A stretch of 32,000 nt of DNA from Chitinophaga pinensis (GCA_943329075.2 CALQCM020000007.1:1-32000), one strand, 5' to 3'. Counted from the first letter of the stretch, positions 7,438 through 15,115 are shown. Notes: a model not told the origin generated them from the letters alone. Translations and numbers: made by a program.

Positions 7438-7509
7438 TGGCGACTTCTTTTTTTGGCGTCAGCAACAGAATGCAACTAACAAGAAACTCTTTAACCAAAG
7501 GAGATAGCA

Positions 7510-7968
7510 ATGGAAAATGAAATAGCAGTTAGGTTTTACGAAAATGAACGGTATGGAACAACGTATGGAAAAGCACTTTATCGCCGTGCCTTGTATAACG
7601 CCACAGCAGATGTAAGCAATCCAAAAGCAAAATATTTGCTGGACTTGCACAAATACAATGAATGGGAACACACCGCAAAAACAGATGATGATATGGCACT
7701 ACTAGAAAATGCAGAAGCTTACATTGGCACGGCGTCTAAAGATGATTGGGTTGGCACTTGGGTTAAGCGACTTGACGCTGATGGTAGCAAACCACTAGTA
7801 ATGGGATTCGGCTTGTTGGACATGCACAAGCTGGAGCTTATATTAGTTATTAACGATGAGGAGTATGGGGTGCAAAACGCATGGCAGTTAGCTGTAAAAC
7901 CATGCAAGCAAGCCAGGCCCAATAAAAAAAGCCCGCAGTTACTTGCTACCAATACTGATCTGAGCTAA
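7510..7968 (+). CDS. hypothetical protein
   Basis: 152-aa ORF with a strong Shine-Dalgarno sequence (AAGGAG at 7498-7503). No motif recognised. Confidence 0.6.
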   Translation: MENEIAVRFYENERYGTTYGKALYRRALYNATADVSNPKAKYLLDLHKYNEWEHTAKTDDDMALLENAEAYIGTASKDDWVGTWVKRLDADGSKPLVMGFGLLDMHKLELILVINDEEYGVQNAWQLAVKPCKQARPNKKSPQLLATNTDLS

Positions 7969-8282
7969 TTGCATCCGACAGACACTGCGACAACACGCGA
8001 CAAACGTGTTGTCGTAGGGTAGGCAAGCGTGGGTAGCTGAATACTGCAAGACTGCGCGATAACGCACGATCGCACGTCTGAGGTGTTTTACGCGATGCCC
8101 TGTACAGCGCCCACTATGTACAGCACGAATAAAAAACAAATCTTATTCGCAGAGTATTTGGTCTGGCGCGAATTGCTTGAAATCATTGAGGTCTTTTGCA
8201 GAGCCAGTTTCGGTCGTTTTTCTGAATCAAAGACAGCACAATAAATACACGACTATTGTTTGATTAACGGGAGAAACGACAA

Positions 8283-8849
8283 ATGGCGCAAGCACGTACA
8301 CTGAAGGAAAAGGAACTTAAACAACTACTGCAATTTATTGCTTTTCGCAAACACGCATTACGGAACCGCTGTACCTGCCTGATGACGCATTGGGCGGGCA
8401 TGCGTGTAGGCGAAGTGGCTGCGCTGCGGTACTCAGATGTGCTGGCAGCAGACGGCAGCATACTTGCAGAAATACGTTTATCGGCTCAGCAAACAAAGGG
8501 CGACAAGGCCCGTGTTGTGTATGTGGCAGAAAAGCTACGCAAGGAACTGCTGAACTACGTCCGTACCTACCCTCAGACTGACCCAACACGGCCCCTGTTT
8601 TACACACAGAAGCGTGACCATTTCACAGCAAACACTTTGGCACAGCACTTTTTTTGGTTATACAAGGCGGCAGGGCTGAACGGGGCTTCGTCACATTCTG
8701 GCCGACGGACTTTCATTACTACTTTGGCAAACAAGGGAGTTGGAATCCGTGTGTTGCAGCAATTATCTGGTCACGCTGATATTCAAACAACTGCCAGATA
8801 TATAGAGACAACGGACGCGATGAAGCGGGCGGCGGTGGAACTGGTGTAA
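8283..8849 (+). CDS. small tyrosine recombinase, catalytic domain only (188 aa)
   Basis: GGGAGA lies 8 nt upstream of the ATG. Catalytic signature: R in GMRVGEVAALR, HxxR in SHSGRRTF, H in LSGHADI, and the Tyr nucleophile in TTARYIE. There is no N-terminal core-binding or arm-binding domain. The size is comparable to FimB/FimE-class invertases. Confidence 0.8.
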   Translation: MAQARTLKEKELKQLLQFIAFRKHALRNRCTCLMTHWAGMRVGEVAALRYSDVLAADGSILAEIRLSAQQTKGDKARVVYVAEKLRKELLNYVRTYPQTDPTRPLFYTQKRDHFTANTLAQHFFWLYKAAGLNGASSHSGRRTFITTLANKGVGIRVLQQLSGHADIQTTARYIETTDAMKRAAVELV

Positions 8850-8870
8850 GTGTCGTTTTGAAAGACACTT
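8848..8870 (+). repeat. 23-nt hairpin element, copy 3 (exact, inverted relative to copies 1 and 2)
   Basis: aagtgtcgttttgaaagacactt is the exact reverse complement of 3879-3901. It begins inside the TAA stop (8847-8849) of the small recombinase gene. Confidence 0.8.
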
Positions 8871-8925
8871 ATGCACGGACTGCTGTGGAATCAGGCTAAA
8901 ACTTCGGTGTGGGAGTTTTGCTGCT

Positions 8926-8972
8926 GCAATCTTGTTGAGATTGCTGCAACCGTCCAGCAACGAGACGGTTGC
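8926..8972. terminator. two adjacent hairpins in the convergent gap between recombinase and AAA+ genes
   Basis: GCAATC-N7-GATTGC is at 8926-8944 and GCAACCGTC-N9-GACGGTTGC is at 8946-8972. Neither has a clear U-tail, so the terminator role is tentative. Confidence 0.3.
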
Positions 8973-8983
8973 ACTTCGAAACA

Positions 8984-9691
8984 TTATTTCTTTTTGCTGG
9001 GAACCACAGACAAGTGTGTTTGTGCAGACTTTGTAACAGTAGGCACAGGGGGCAGCGCCATTTCGTTACGAACCAAGTAGAGAATTTCATCCAGCTTGTT
9101 CATGTAATCGCGCAAGTCGCCTGTTGACTCCACCAGTTGCAACCAGTGCAGAACCTGCTGATCCGACAAATGAACGTCTTCGCCATGCAGAATTAATTGC
9201 GCTCTATTTAGAACTTGACGTGCGCCCAAAGCAGGGAAATTGATCAGGTCACAGCGCGAACGCAGACTTTTGTGAATGTTCATCGCATCGTTGGTCGTGA
9301 CAATCAACATGACTCTGTCCTGCACGGCATCAAGCGCTTTCCAAAAATTGGCGAAATCCCCTTTTAGGGTATCTAGTTCCTCCGCCACGATAAACAATTT
9401 CTCTCCTTCCTCAAGAAATATAACGGAGGTCGCGTTCTGTAAATAATTACGTAGATTTTTCATGCGTACGAGTTCTTCCATGTCTTTGTGTTCAATTCGT
9501 GCGTGTGCGCCGCCGATAGCCACTGGCAGTAAACGCGCCGCTGTACTTTTTCCAGTACCGTTCGGCCCCCAAAGCAAGATGTTTCCTTCAAGTGCCTTGT
9601 TTGCATAGGCGTCAATTCGGGTTTGCACAGCCAGGCTGGGGTAGATCACATCGCCAAGTGACTGGGGTGCGTATTTGATAGCGGTTTTCAT
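8984..9691 (-). CDS. clamp-loader (RFC/DnaX/HolB)-like AAA+ ATPase
   Basis: 235-aa ORF with AAGGAA upstream of the ATG. KYAPQSLGDVI resembles RFC box II. Walker A is GPNGTGKST, Walker B-like is FIVAEELD, and sensor 1 is IVTTND. The SRC motif in LRSRCDLINF is the hallmark arginine finger of clamp-loader subunits. Confidence 0.7.
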   Translation of the reverse strand: MKTAIKYAPQSLGDVIYPSLAVQTRIDAYANKALEGNILLWGPNGTGKSTAARLLPVAIGGAHARIEHKDMEELVRMKNLRNYLQNATSVIFLEEGEKLFIVAEELDTLKGDFANFWKALDAVQDRVMLIVTTNDAMNIHKSLRSRCDLINFPALGARQVLNRAQLILHGEDVHLSDQQVLHWLQLVESTGDLRDYMNKLDEILYLVRNEMALPPVPTVTKSAQTHLSVVPSKKK

Positions 9692-9763
9692 GTTGTGTGT
9701 TCCTTTGTGTAGTGGTTTTTTTTGTGTATGTCGAAAAGGGGAGTTGCCTCCCCCTTTCGGTCA

Positions 9764-10549
9764 TTAAGCTACTTTTGCGAAAACATCCGCATTGGCCGCC
9801 ATCCCCAACAAATCACTGGCCTCTTTGTTGAGCGCCTGATCTGCATCTTTTTGACCAGCGCGAACTTTTGCCATGCGTATCAGCAGTGCCTGAACGAGAG
9901 CTTCGTTGATGTCGGACAAAACACCCACAATAGAAACCATGCCGTCTGGTGCAGGTTTAGCCAGCAAAACAGCGTAATCCCCAGTGACGCCCGCCAGCGA
10001 CAGCGTTGCCAATGGAGTAATTGTCGCTAGTTCCACGTTCGCTTTGACTTCGCCAGTAGCCGAAACAATCGCAGCACGTTTCGCCTGTGCCGCTTCTGAC
10101 ACCACCATATCGCGTTTGATTTCTTCGATGCCGCCTTGTTCTGCGATGTAAGCGGGCAGATCGTTAGCGGTGATAGCTTTAGAAATCGCCGCTTTGAGCA
10201 CGTAGGCATAGCCATGCGCACGTTTGCGATCTGAGCTGAATACGAAACGCACGAACATCGTGAGTGTCGTCGTGTTGCTCTGCACTTTGACTCCATCCGC
10301 TGTAAGCCGCGCACAAAGCTCATTGCGCAGCGTCTTACGGCTGTTGCCATCAGCGTTTACGAACTTGGTTTGGAATACGTCCAAGCAGCCCGCAAGCAAC
10401 GCGTACAGCCCATCATTAGCTTTCTTGTAGTCAGTTATTTCCCACTGCTGACGACGCGCAGACAGAGCGTCCAGAGACTGGACGATGCCATTTGCAATAA
10501 TCATGTTGTCGTTCGACGGGGTAAAGGCGGTTTTGACAGATTTGCTCAT
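9764..10549 (-). CDS. hypothetical protein (261 aa), upstream partner of the AAA+ gene
   Basis: The ORF track starts at 10660, but GGAGA lies 7 nt upstream of the ATG at 10549 (MSKSVKTAFTPSND...). It is Ala-rich and predicted helical. No motif recognised. Confidence 0.6.
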   Translation of the reverse strand: MSKSVKTAFTPSNDNMIIANGIVQSLDALSARRQQWEITDYKKANDGLYALLAGCLDVFQTKFVNADGNSRKTLRNELCARLTADGVKVQSNTTTLTMFVRFVFSSDRKRAHGYAYVLKAAISKAITANDLPAYIAEQGGIEEIKRDMVVSEAAQAKRAAIVSATGEVKANVELATITPLATLSLAGVTGDYAVLLAKPAPDGMVSIVGVLSDINEALVQALLIRMAKVRAGQKDADQALNKEASDLLGMAANADVFAKVA

Positions 10550-10688
10550 TTTGATTCTCCGATTTAAAAGTCGGCGCGATGCTGGTGGCGGAATTGCCAG
10601 AAGTTGTATCGCGCTGACAATTAGGATTAGATCACCAAGAACTAATAAATCAGTCAACAACCAATAATCAGTTATTATCTGTAGACAT

Positions 10689-11624
10689 ATGGAAGAACAA
10701 TTGCTTCCGTGGTACCTCCGTAGCGCGGATTTCTACAAACCGAACTGGCACACACGGCCTACGATTGGCTTTGAGTTGCTGTTTGAGTTTTTGCGGCTCA
10801 GCCCTAGCTACGAACTGGCCCGCAAAGCCAGCATGGAAGGGCTAAGCACTGCTGACCAGCTACTATTGCCGCCAGATTTTGAGCAGGTAAAAAACACCTA
10901 TCAGCTCTTGGGCGATGTGCAAAAAATCTTGTTTCGGCAATGGTGGATCGCAAGAGGACTCAGCACCTTTGGCAATCCCTACGCACGCCCAAAATTGCAC
11001 TCAGTCGCACATCTGGCAGGTGGGAAAGATATTTCGGCTGAAACCCTCGTAGGTAACTTCGAAAGTTACCTAGCTGGAGCGCGTCATGAGGAAGGGCTAG
11101 TCGATAGCGTGCTCATCGCAGTCCCTTTGGGCCTACGTCAATCAGAAATCCGCAAACAGATGTCCGCTATTCTTACTGCCTATTCAGGCCATGAGCAAAA
11201 CTCACGGCAAAGTCCATTGATAAAATTGCAAGGCAAGCGGCTGCGATCAAAGGTGCTGTTCAATGGCCTACGACTGCTTTGGTTTAAAGCTGCAAAACCC
11301 CAATGGGAACACTGGCGGCTGGGTGCTAAATCAAGATTCAGCGTCACCTATTCCAAAGAACTCAATCCTGCCAATCCCCGTAGAGTGGTCAGCACGCTGG
11401 AATCGTACGATAGAGAGATGATGACAAAAATCACCAATCGCGCGCTGAAGAAATTCGAATCCATTGCGGAGAACGCAGCAAGAGGGCGATTCCCTTCGCA
11501 AGACCCAGTCCATCCAGTAGATTTTCAGTATCCGTTTCTTGCCAAACGAATACAGCGCAAAAACACATGGGAACAAGAGGAGAAAGCACGGTTACTGGCG
11601 GCATTCCGCAGCCGTCGGCATTAG
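10689..11624 (+). CDS. hypothetical protein (311 aa)
   Basis: Long ORF divergent from 9764..10549 and convergent with the integrase. Trp/Arg-rich, no recognised motif, weak Shine-Dalgarno sequence. Confidence 0.55.
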   Translation: MEEQLLPWYLRSADFYKPNWHTRPTIGFELLFEFLRLSPSYELARKASMEGLSTADQLLLPPDFEQVKNTYQLLGDVQKILFRQWWIARGLSTFGNPYARPKLHSVAHLAGGKDISAETLVGNFESYLAGARHEEGLVDSVLIAVPLGLRQSEIRKQMSAILTAYSGHEQNSRQSPLIKLQGKRLRSKVLFNGLRLLWFKAAKPQWEHWRLGAKSRFSVTYSKELNPANPRRVVSTLESYDREMMTKITNRALKKFESIAENAARGRFPSQDPVHPVDFQYPFLAKRIQRKNTWEQEEKARLLAAFRSRRH

Positions 11625-11771
11625 TGCAAGACCGTCCCGTTGCTGGACGCTTGCTGAACGTAACAGCACAGCACGACCCAGCCCACTCACGTATTCGACC
11701 CGATTCCACCGTCGGTTCGGCGGTGATTTTCACCAAGTACAGCGACAGAGGCTGTCGTCCAACTCCGAAAC

Positions 11772-13040
11772 TCAGGCTTTCTTCCGCTTCTTAGAGGGTT
11801 TCAATGACTGCAGTTGTGCCACGTTCATTTCGTTCTGGTAATGACTGCCGTAGAAACGGGTGATCATTTCTGCGCTAGTTCTGGCATTTTGCGCCAACGT
11901 ATTCCAGTCGATGTTGTCGCCCTTAGTAATCCGAAACATGATTGCTGTGTGACGCAAGCTGTACAACGTCCGTACCGTGCCTTTTGCATCCAGTCGCAAA
12001 TCAGTCACGTCCAGCAAGTGGTAAAACAGCCGCACCAGCTGTACGTAAGCGTAGTCTCTGTTGCGATGCTCTGGCATAAACACGTAATCGTCGTCTTTAG
12101 CCAATTCCCGTTCAGCTTGATATTGCTGTTGCCGTTCATACACTTTAACGGCGACGGGCATACTGATGATGGGCTTGTTGTGCTTTTTCGTGGTGGGCGG
12201 TGACAAACGCAAATACGTGTTGTCCTTTCGCACCACTGCCACATGCGAATGCTTCAGCGTCTTAATATCCGACGGCCGCACGTAGGTGTTGACCATAAAC
12301 AAGATCAAGTTATGCAATTCTTGCGTAAACCGCATCCGCCGCTTTGCCTTACCTTGCTGATTACGGACTACGATCTCAGTGCCGATCAATGCCTTTGCGT
12401 TGCTTTGAAGCTTGGTATATTCCCAGCTATTAAAATAACCACGCGGGTCATCTTCCAAAGTGATGGTGGGAAATGCGGGCAGATGCGGGATGATTTGCTT
12501 GCGGTGGGCGTGCTTTAACACCTTACGTAGCAGTGATTCGTGTAGCTTCAGTGTTGCGACCTTCAGTCCTTTTTCCGTCAGTGTATTTAAGTAAGTCTCT
12601 ATAACCGTGTAGTCAATCTGACCCACATCGTATGCGCGGAAATACGGCAGCATGTGTACACGCAGACGGCTTTGTTCGTTGACGTTGAGACTGGCGCTGA
12701 GTTCACCGCGCTTAATACGCGATTCTTGTAACTTCAGCATCTCTTTCGCGCACACTTCAAAGCGCGATGTCTTGCCAATCATCAAACCACCCGTTTTACG
12801 CACCAGTAGTTCTTCGTAAAACGCGATCGCTGCCTTAAACGCTTCTTGCGTCTGGTCAGTCTTAGTAGTGCGCTTAAATATTCTGCCGCTGTCGTAGTAG
12901 CGTGCCCAATAGAAAGGCGACGCGGGAATGCGGAAGATGGTTAACTTGGAGGGGTATTTGGGGACGGATTGAATCGTAGCGGGAATCGGCACAGTTTTGT
13001 GCCGCCCGATTACCAAAGCTTTTTTGGGCTTCGTTTCCAC
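11772..13040 (-). CDS. tyrosine-type site-specific integrase (422 aa)
   Basis: GTG start at 13040, 54 nt from the tRNA 3' end. Catalytic elements: R in YVRPSDIK, LRHTAI (the second Arg), and the Tyr in ITRFYGSH. The long N-terminal region is consistent with arm and core-binding domains. Confidence 0.85.
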   Translation of the reverse strand: METKPKKALVIGRHKTVPIPATIQSVPKYPSKLTIFRIPASPFYWARYYDSGRIFKRTTKTDQTQEAFKAAIAFYEELLVRKTGGLMIGKTSRFEVCAKEMLKLQESRIKRGELSASLNVNEQSRLRVHMLPYFRAYDVGQIDYTVIETYLNTLTEKGLKVATLKLHESLLRKVLKHAHRKQIIPHLPAFPTITLEDDPRGYFNSWEYTKLQSNAKALIGTEIVVRNQQGKAKRRMRFTQELHNLILFMVNTYVRPSDIKTLKHSHVAVVRKDNTYLRLSPPTTKKHNKPIISMPVAVKVYERQQQYQAERELAKDDDYVFMPEHRNRDYAYVQLVRLFYHLLDVTDLRLDAKGTVRTLYSLRHTAIMFRITKGDNIDWNTLAQNARTSAEMITRFYGSHYQNEMNVAQLQSLKPSKKRKKA

Positions 13041-13044
13041 GTTA

Positions 13045-13068
13045 GTAGTATAGCGCCAACTATACTAC
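13045..13068. repeat. inverted pair of GTAGTATAG 9-mers (candidate integrase binding sites, tRNA-proximal end)
   Basis: GTAGTATAG (13045-13053), then cgccaa, then CTATACTAC (13060-13068). It lies between the integrase start and the tRNA. The same 9-mer is found twice at 3736-3756. Confidence 0.6.
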
Positions 13069-13093
13069 TGTCAAAACGTAACTACTTGATTTT

Positions 13094-13169
13094 TGGTGCC
13101 GCTGGCCGGAATCGAACTGGCGACCTTCGCATTACGAATGCGCTGCTCTACCAACTGAGCTACAGCGGC
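13094..13169 (-). tRNA. tRNA-Thr (anticodon CGT)
   Basis: The reverse complement is GCCGCTGTAGCTCAGTTGGTAGAGCAGCGCATTCGTAATGCGAAGGTCGCCAGTTCGATTCCGGCCAGCGGCACCA. It has a 7-bp acceptor stem, a GCTC/GAGC D-stem, anticodon loop TTCGTAA, T-loop TTCGATT and an encoded CCA. Positions 10-48 (D-arm, anticodon arm and variable loop) are identical to my recollection of E. coli thrW. One A52-C62 mismatch in the T-stem is present in both att copies. Confidence 0.9.
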
Positions 13170-13256
13170 GTGACACCGGTCTGGAATGGCTCCCGACCAG
13201 GCGCGGAGCGGATTCTACCACGAGCCGGCGCCGCCGTCGGGCGCCACAAACGTTAT

Positions 13257-13289
13257 TGAAAACAACAGGCATTGGCCTATCGATGCCTG
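13257..13289 (-). terminator. possible intrinsic terminator downstream of the HDOD fragment
   Basis: CAGGCAT (13266-13272) and ATGCCTG (13283-13289) form a 7-bp stem. On the minus strand it is followed by UUGUUUUCA. It lies 47 nt after the stop at 13336. Confidence 0.4.
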
Positions 13290-13335
13290 ACCGGGCGCGG
13301 TTCGAACGCGACCCTGCAGCGCCCGCGCTGATGCG

Positions 13336-13936
13336 CTAACCGGCGTCGAGTTCTTCCATCAGTTTCTTGCCCATGACATCGAGTTCGGTCTGCGCAAGTC
13401 CGAGCTGCGCCAGTGCAAAGGTTGCACCGCGCTTCCACTCGGCGTCGTGCAGGCCCATCTTGTTCAGGCAGTAGACGTATTGCGCCGCCAGCGTCACGGC
13501 GATATTGCGTTGGCCCGCCGGCGATACGCCGGCCGTGCCGTCGGCGAGCGCGGCGTAATCATGGTGCCAGAGGATCGCCGCGCAGACGTCGTCGGGCAGC
13601 AGCCAGGTCTGCGCCATGCGGCTACCGAGCCGCGCGTGGCTCATGCCGTAGAGCCGGTCTTCCATTTCTGTAATGCCGGCGTCGCCCTCGATGCGGGAAC
13701 CGGGCAGTTTCGGCTTGTAGCCTTCGAAGTTGCCGAGCATCGCCAGCATGCCGCAGTCGCGGAACAGCGCAAACGTAGGCGTCCCGGTTTACCCCGCTGA
13801 GGCGGCTCAATGAATATTCCTGGCGCTCAAAACAGCTCCATCGCGTTATATAACGGACGAAAACCCGCGCTCTTGAACCCGGCGCCGGCGCCGCCGCTGT
13901 TCCCTTAAGAAGCAGGCGTTTTGCGCCGTTGATAAG
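13336..13936 (-). pseudogene. HDOD-domain middle and C-terminal fragment, with an internal frameshift
   Basis: ORF 13336..13749 encodes ...GMSHARLGSRMAQTWLLPDDVCAAILWHHDY, a typical HDOD C-terminal half. Upstream it continues as FALFRDCG to a stop at 13789-13791. A different frame (ORF 13622..14083) reads ...RWSCFERQEYSLSRLSGVNRDAYV up to about 13772. A 1-nt shift at the AAA run 13771-13773 would join the two. There is no N-terminal HDOD part and no start codon on this strand. The upper boundary is approximate. Confidence 0.6.
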
Positions 13937-13971
13937 AGGTGCCACGCAGCGCGCGCCACCCCGGGAAACCA

Positions 13972-15115
13972 ATGAGTGCAAACAGTGCCGCCGTGTCGTC
14001 CGCGGTAGCGTCCACCAGTATTGGCAGGTTTGAGATTGTGCGCGCGCTCGGCCGCGGCGCGCAGGGCAGCGTTTACCTTGCAAACGACCCGCATCTGCAA
14101 CGTCAGGTCGCGATCAAATCGATCGGCGCCGGCGCCAGGCGCCGGCGCCAGCGCCGAACAGATCGCGCGCCAGTTGCAGGAAGCGCGCGTCGTCAGCCAG
14201 TTCAGCCATCCGAACATCGTCACGCTCTACGACGCGATCGAAGCCGACGGCGGGCACTTTCTGATTCTCGAATACGTCGACGGCGAAACGCTGGCCCAGT
14301 TGTTGCGCCGCGAGGGCCGCCTCGAACCGCAACGCGCGCTACGCCTCGCCATCCAGATCGCCGAGGGCCTCACCTACGCGCACGCCAAGCAGGTGATCCA
14401 CCGCGATATCAAGCCGGCCAATATCATGATTGATGCCAGCGGCACGGCCCGCATCATGGATTTCGGCATCGCCGCGGCCGCCGGTGAGGCCGCCTCCGCC
14501 GGCGGCATCATGGGCACGCCGGGTTATATGGCGCCGGAATGCCTGCGCAACGAAGCGCCGACTGCCGTCGCCGATGTGTTTGCCGCCGGCATGGTGCTCT
14601 ATGAGATGCTGGTGGGCGGGCCCGCAGTAACCGGCGCGAACACCTTCGAGATCATCCACAAGATCAGCAACGAGCCGTTCGCGCCGCCGTCGCGGCGCAA
14701 TGAAAATCTCGACGAGGAAATCGATCATCTGGTGCTGCGCGCGATCGGCAAAAGCGCGGGCGAGCGCTACGCCTCGGCGGCGGCAATGAAACAGGCGGTC
14801 GAGCAATATCTGGCGCCCGCCGAAGTCGATGCGCAGACTTCCGGCAGCGGCAAGGGCGCGCTCGATTTTCTGCTGCGACGCATGAGCCACAAGACGGGTT
14901 TCCCGGCGCTGTCGCAGACCATCAGCGCGATCAACCGCATCGCCGCCAAAAGCGACGAGAGCGTGCAAACCCTGTCAGCCGTGCTGTTAAAAGACTTTGC
15001 GCTGACCAACAAACTGCTGCGCCTCGTGAACTCGACCACCTACCGCCAGTTCGGCGGCGGCGTGAGCACCATTTCACGCGCCGTCATGATCCTCGGCTTT
15101 AACACAGTGCGCGAT
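13972..15115 (+). pseudogene. Hanks-type Ser/Thr protein kinase fused to the N-terminal third of an HDOD domain; frameshifted and 3'-truncated
   Basis: Frame 1 from the ATG at 13972 reads MSANS...GRFEIVRALGRGAQGSVYLANDPHLQRQVAIKSIGAGA. Frame 2 continues SAEQIARQLQEARVV...HRDIKPANIMID...DFGIA...GTPGYMAPE, then FPALSQTISAINRIAAKSDESVQTLSAVLLKDFALTNKLLRLVNSTTYRQFGGGVSTISRAVMILGFNTVR. Past 15115 the reading frame becomes Arg/Ala/Pro-rich junk. Confidence 0.75.
14125..14150 (+). repeat. 13-bp perfect tandem duplication GGCGCCGGCGCCA x2 inside the kinase gene
   Basis: The copies are at 14125-14137 and 14138-14150. Removing one unit converts VAIKSIGAGARRRRQRR... into VAIKSIGAGASAEQIARQLQEARVVSQFSHPNIV, which joins the two kinase reading frames exactly. 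Confidence 0.9.

Larger units (their letters stand above)
3642..13139 (-). mobile_element. integrative genomic island inserted in tRNA-Thr(CGU), ~9.5 kb
   Basis: 46-nt direct repeats lie at both ends. A tyrosine integrase gene starts 54 nt from the tRNA 3' end. GTAGTATAG 9-mers occur near both ends. Composition is foreign (AT-rich cargo 3.7-6.4 kb, mid-GC backbone 6.5-13.1 kb) relative to the GC-rich flank right of the tRNA. Confidence 0.8.

Noticed and set aside
8100-8123. LexA/SOS box upstream of the small recombinase (CTGTACAG...TGTACAG)
   Set aside because: The CTGT and ACAG halves are separated by 16 nt, not the 8 nt of the proteobacterial SOS box.
3879-8870. Classical integron (IntI plus attC cassette array) interpretation of the hairpins and small recombinase
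   Set aside because: The recombinase is 188 aa, whereas IntI is over 300 aa and has a characteristic extra domain. The hairpins lack GTTRRRY/RYYYAAC core sites. Only three copies exist, and one is in the opposite genomic orientation. The idea is kept only as a loose analogy in the findings.
9732-9759. 12-bp stem hairpin (CGAAAAGGGGAG-TTGC-CTCCCCCTTTCG) as terminator between the 261-aa gene and the AAA+ gene
   Set aside because: On the transcribed (minus) strand it is followed by an A-run rather than a U-run, and the two genes look co-transcribed. The structure is real, but a terminator call is not justified.
13185-13235. Second tRNA-like segment upstream of tRNA-Thr (reverse complement ends ...GGTCGGGAGCCA)
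   Set aside because: No T-loop (TTCGA) or cloverleaf can be drawn. There is only a fortuitous CCA-like end.
12969-13259. 96-aa plus-strand ORF
   Set aside because: It runs antisense through the integrase start and the tRNA-Thr gene, so it is spurious.
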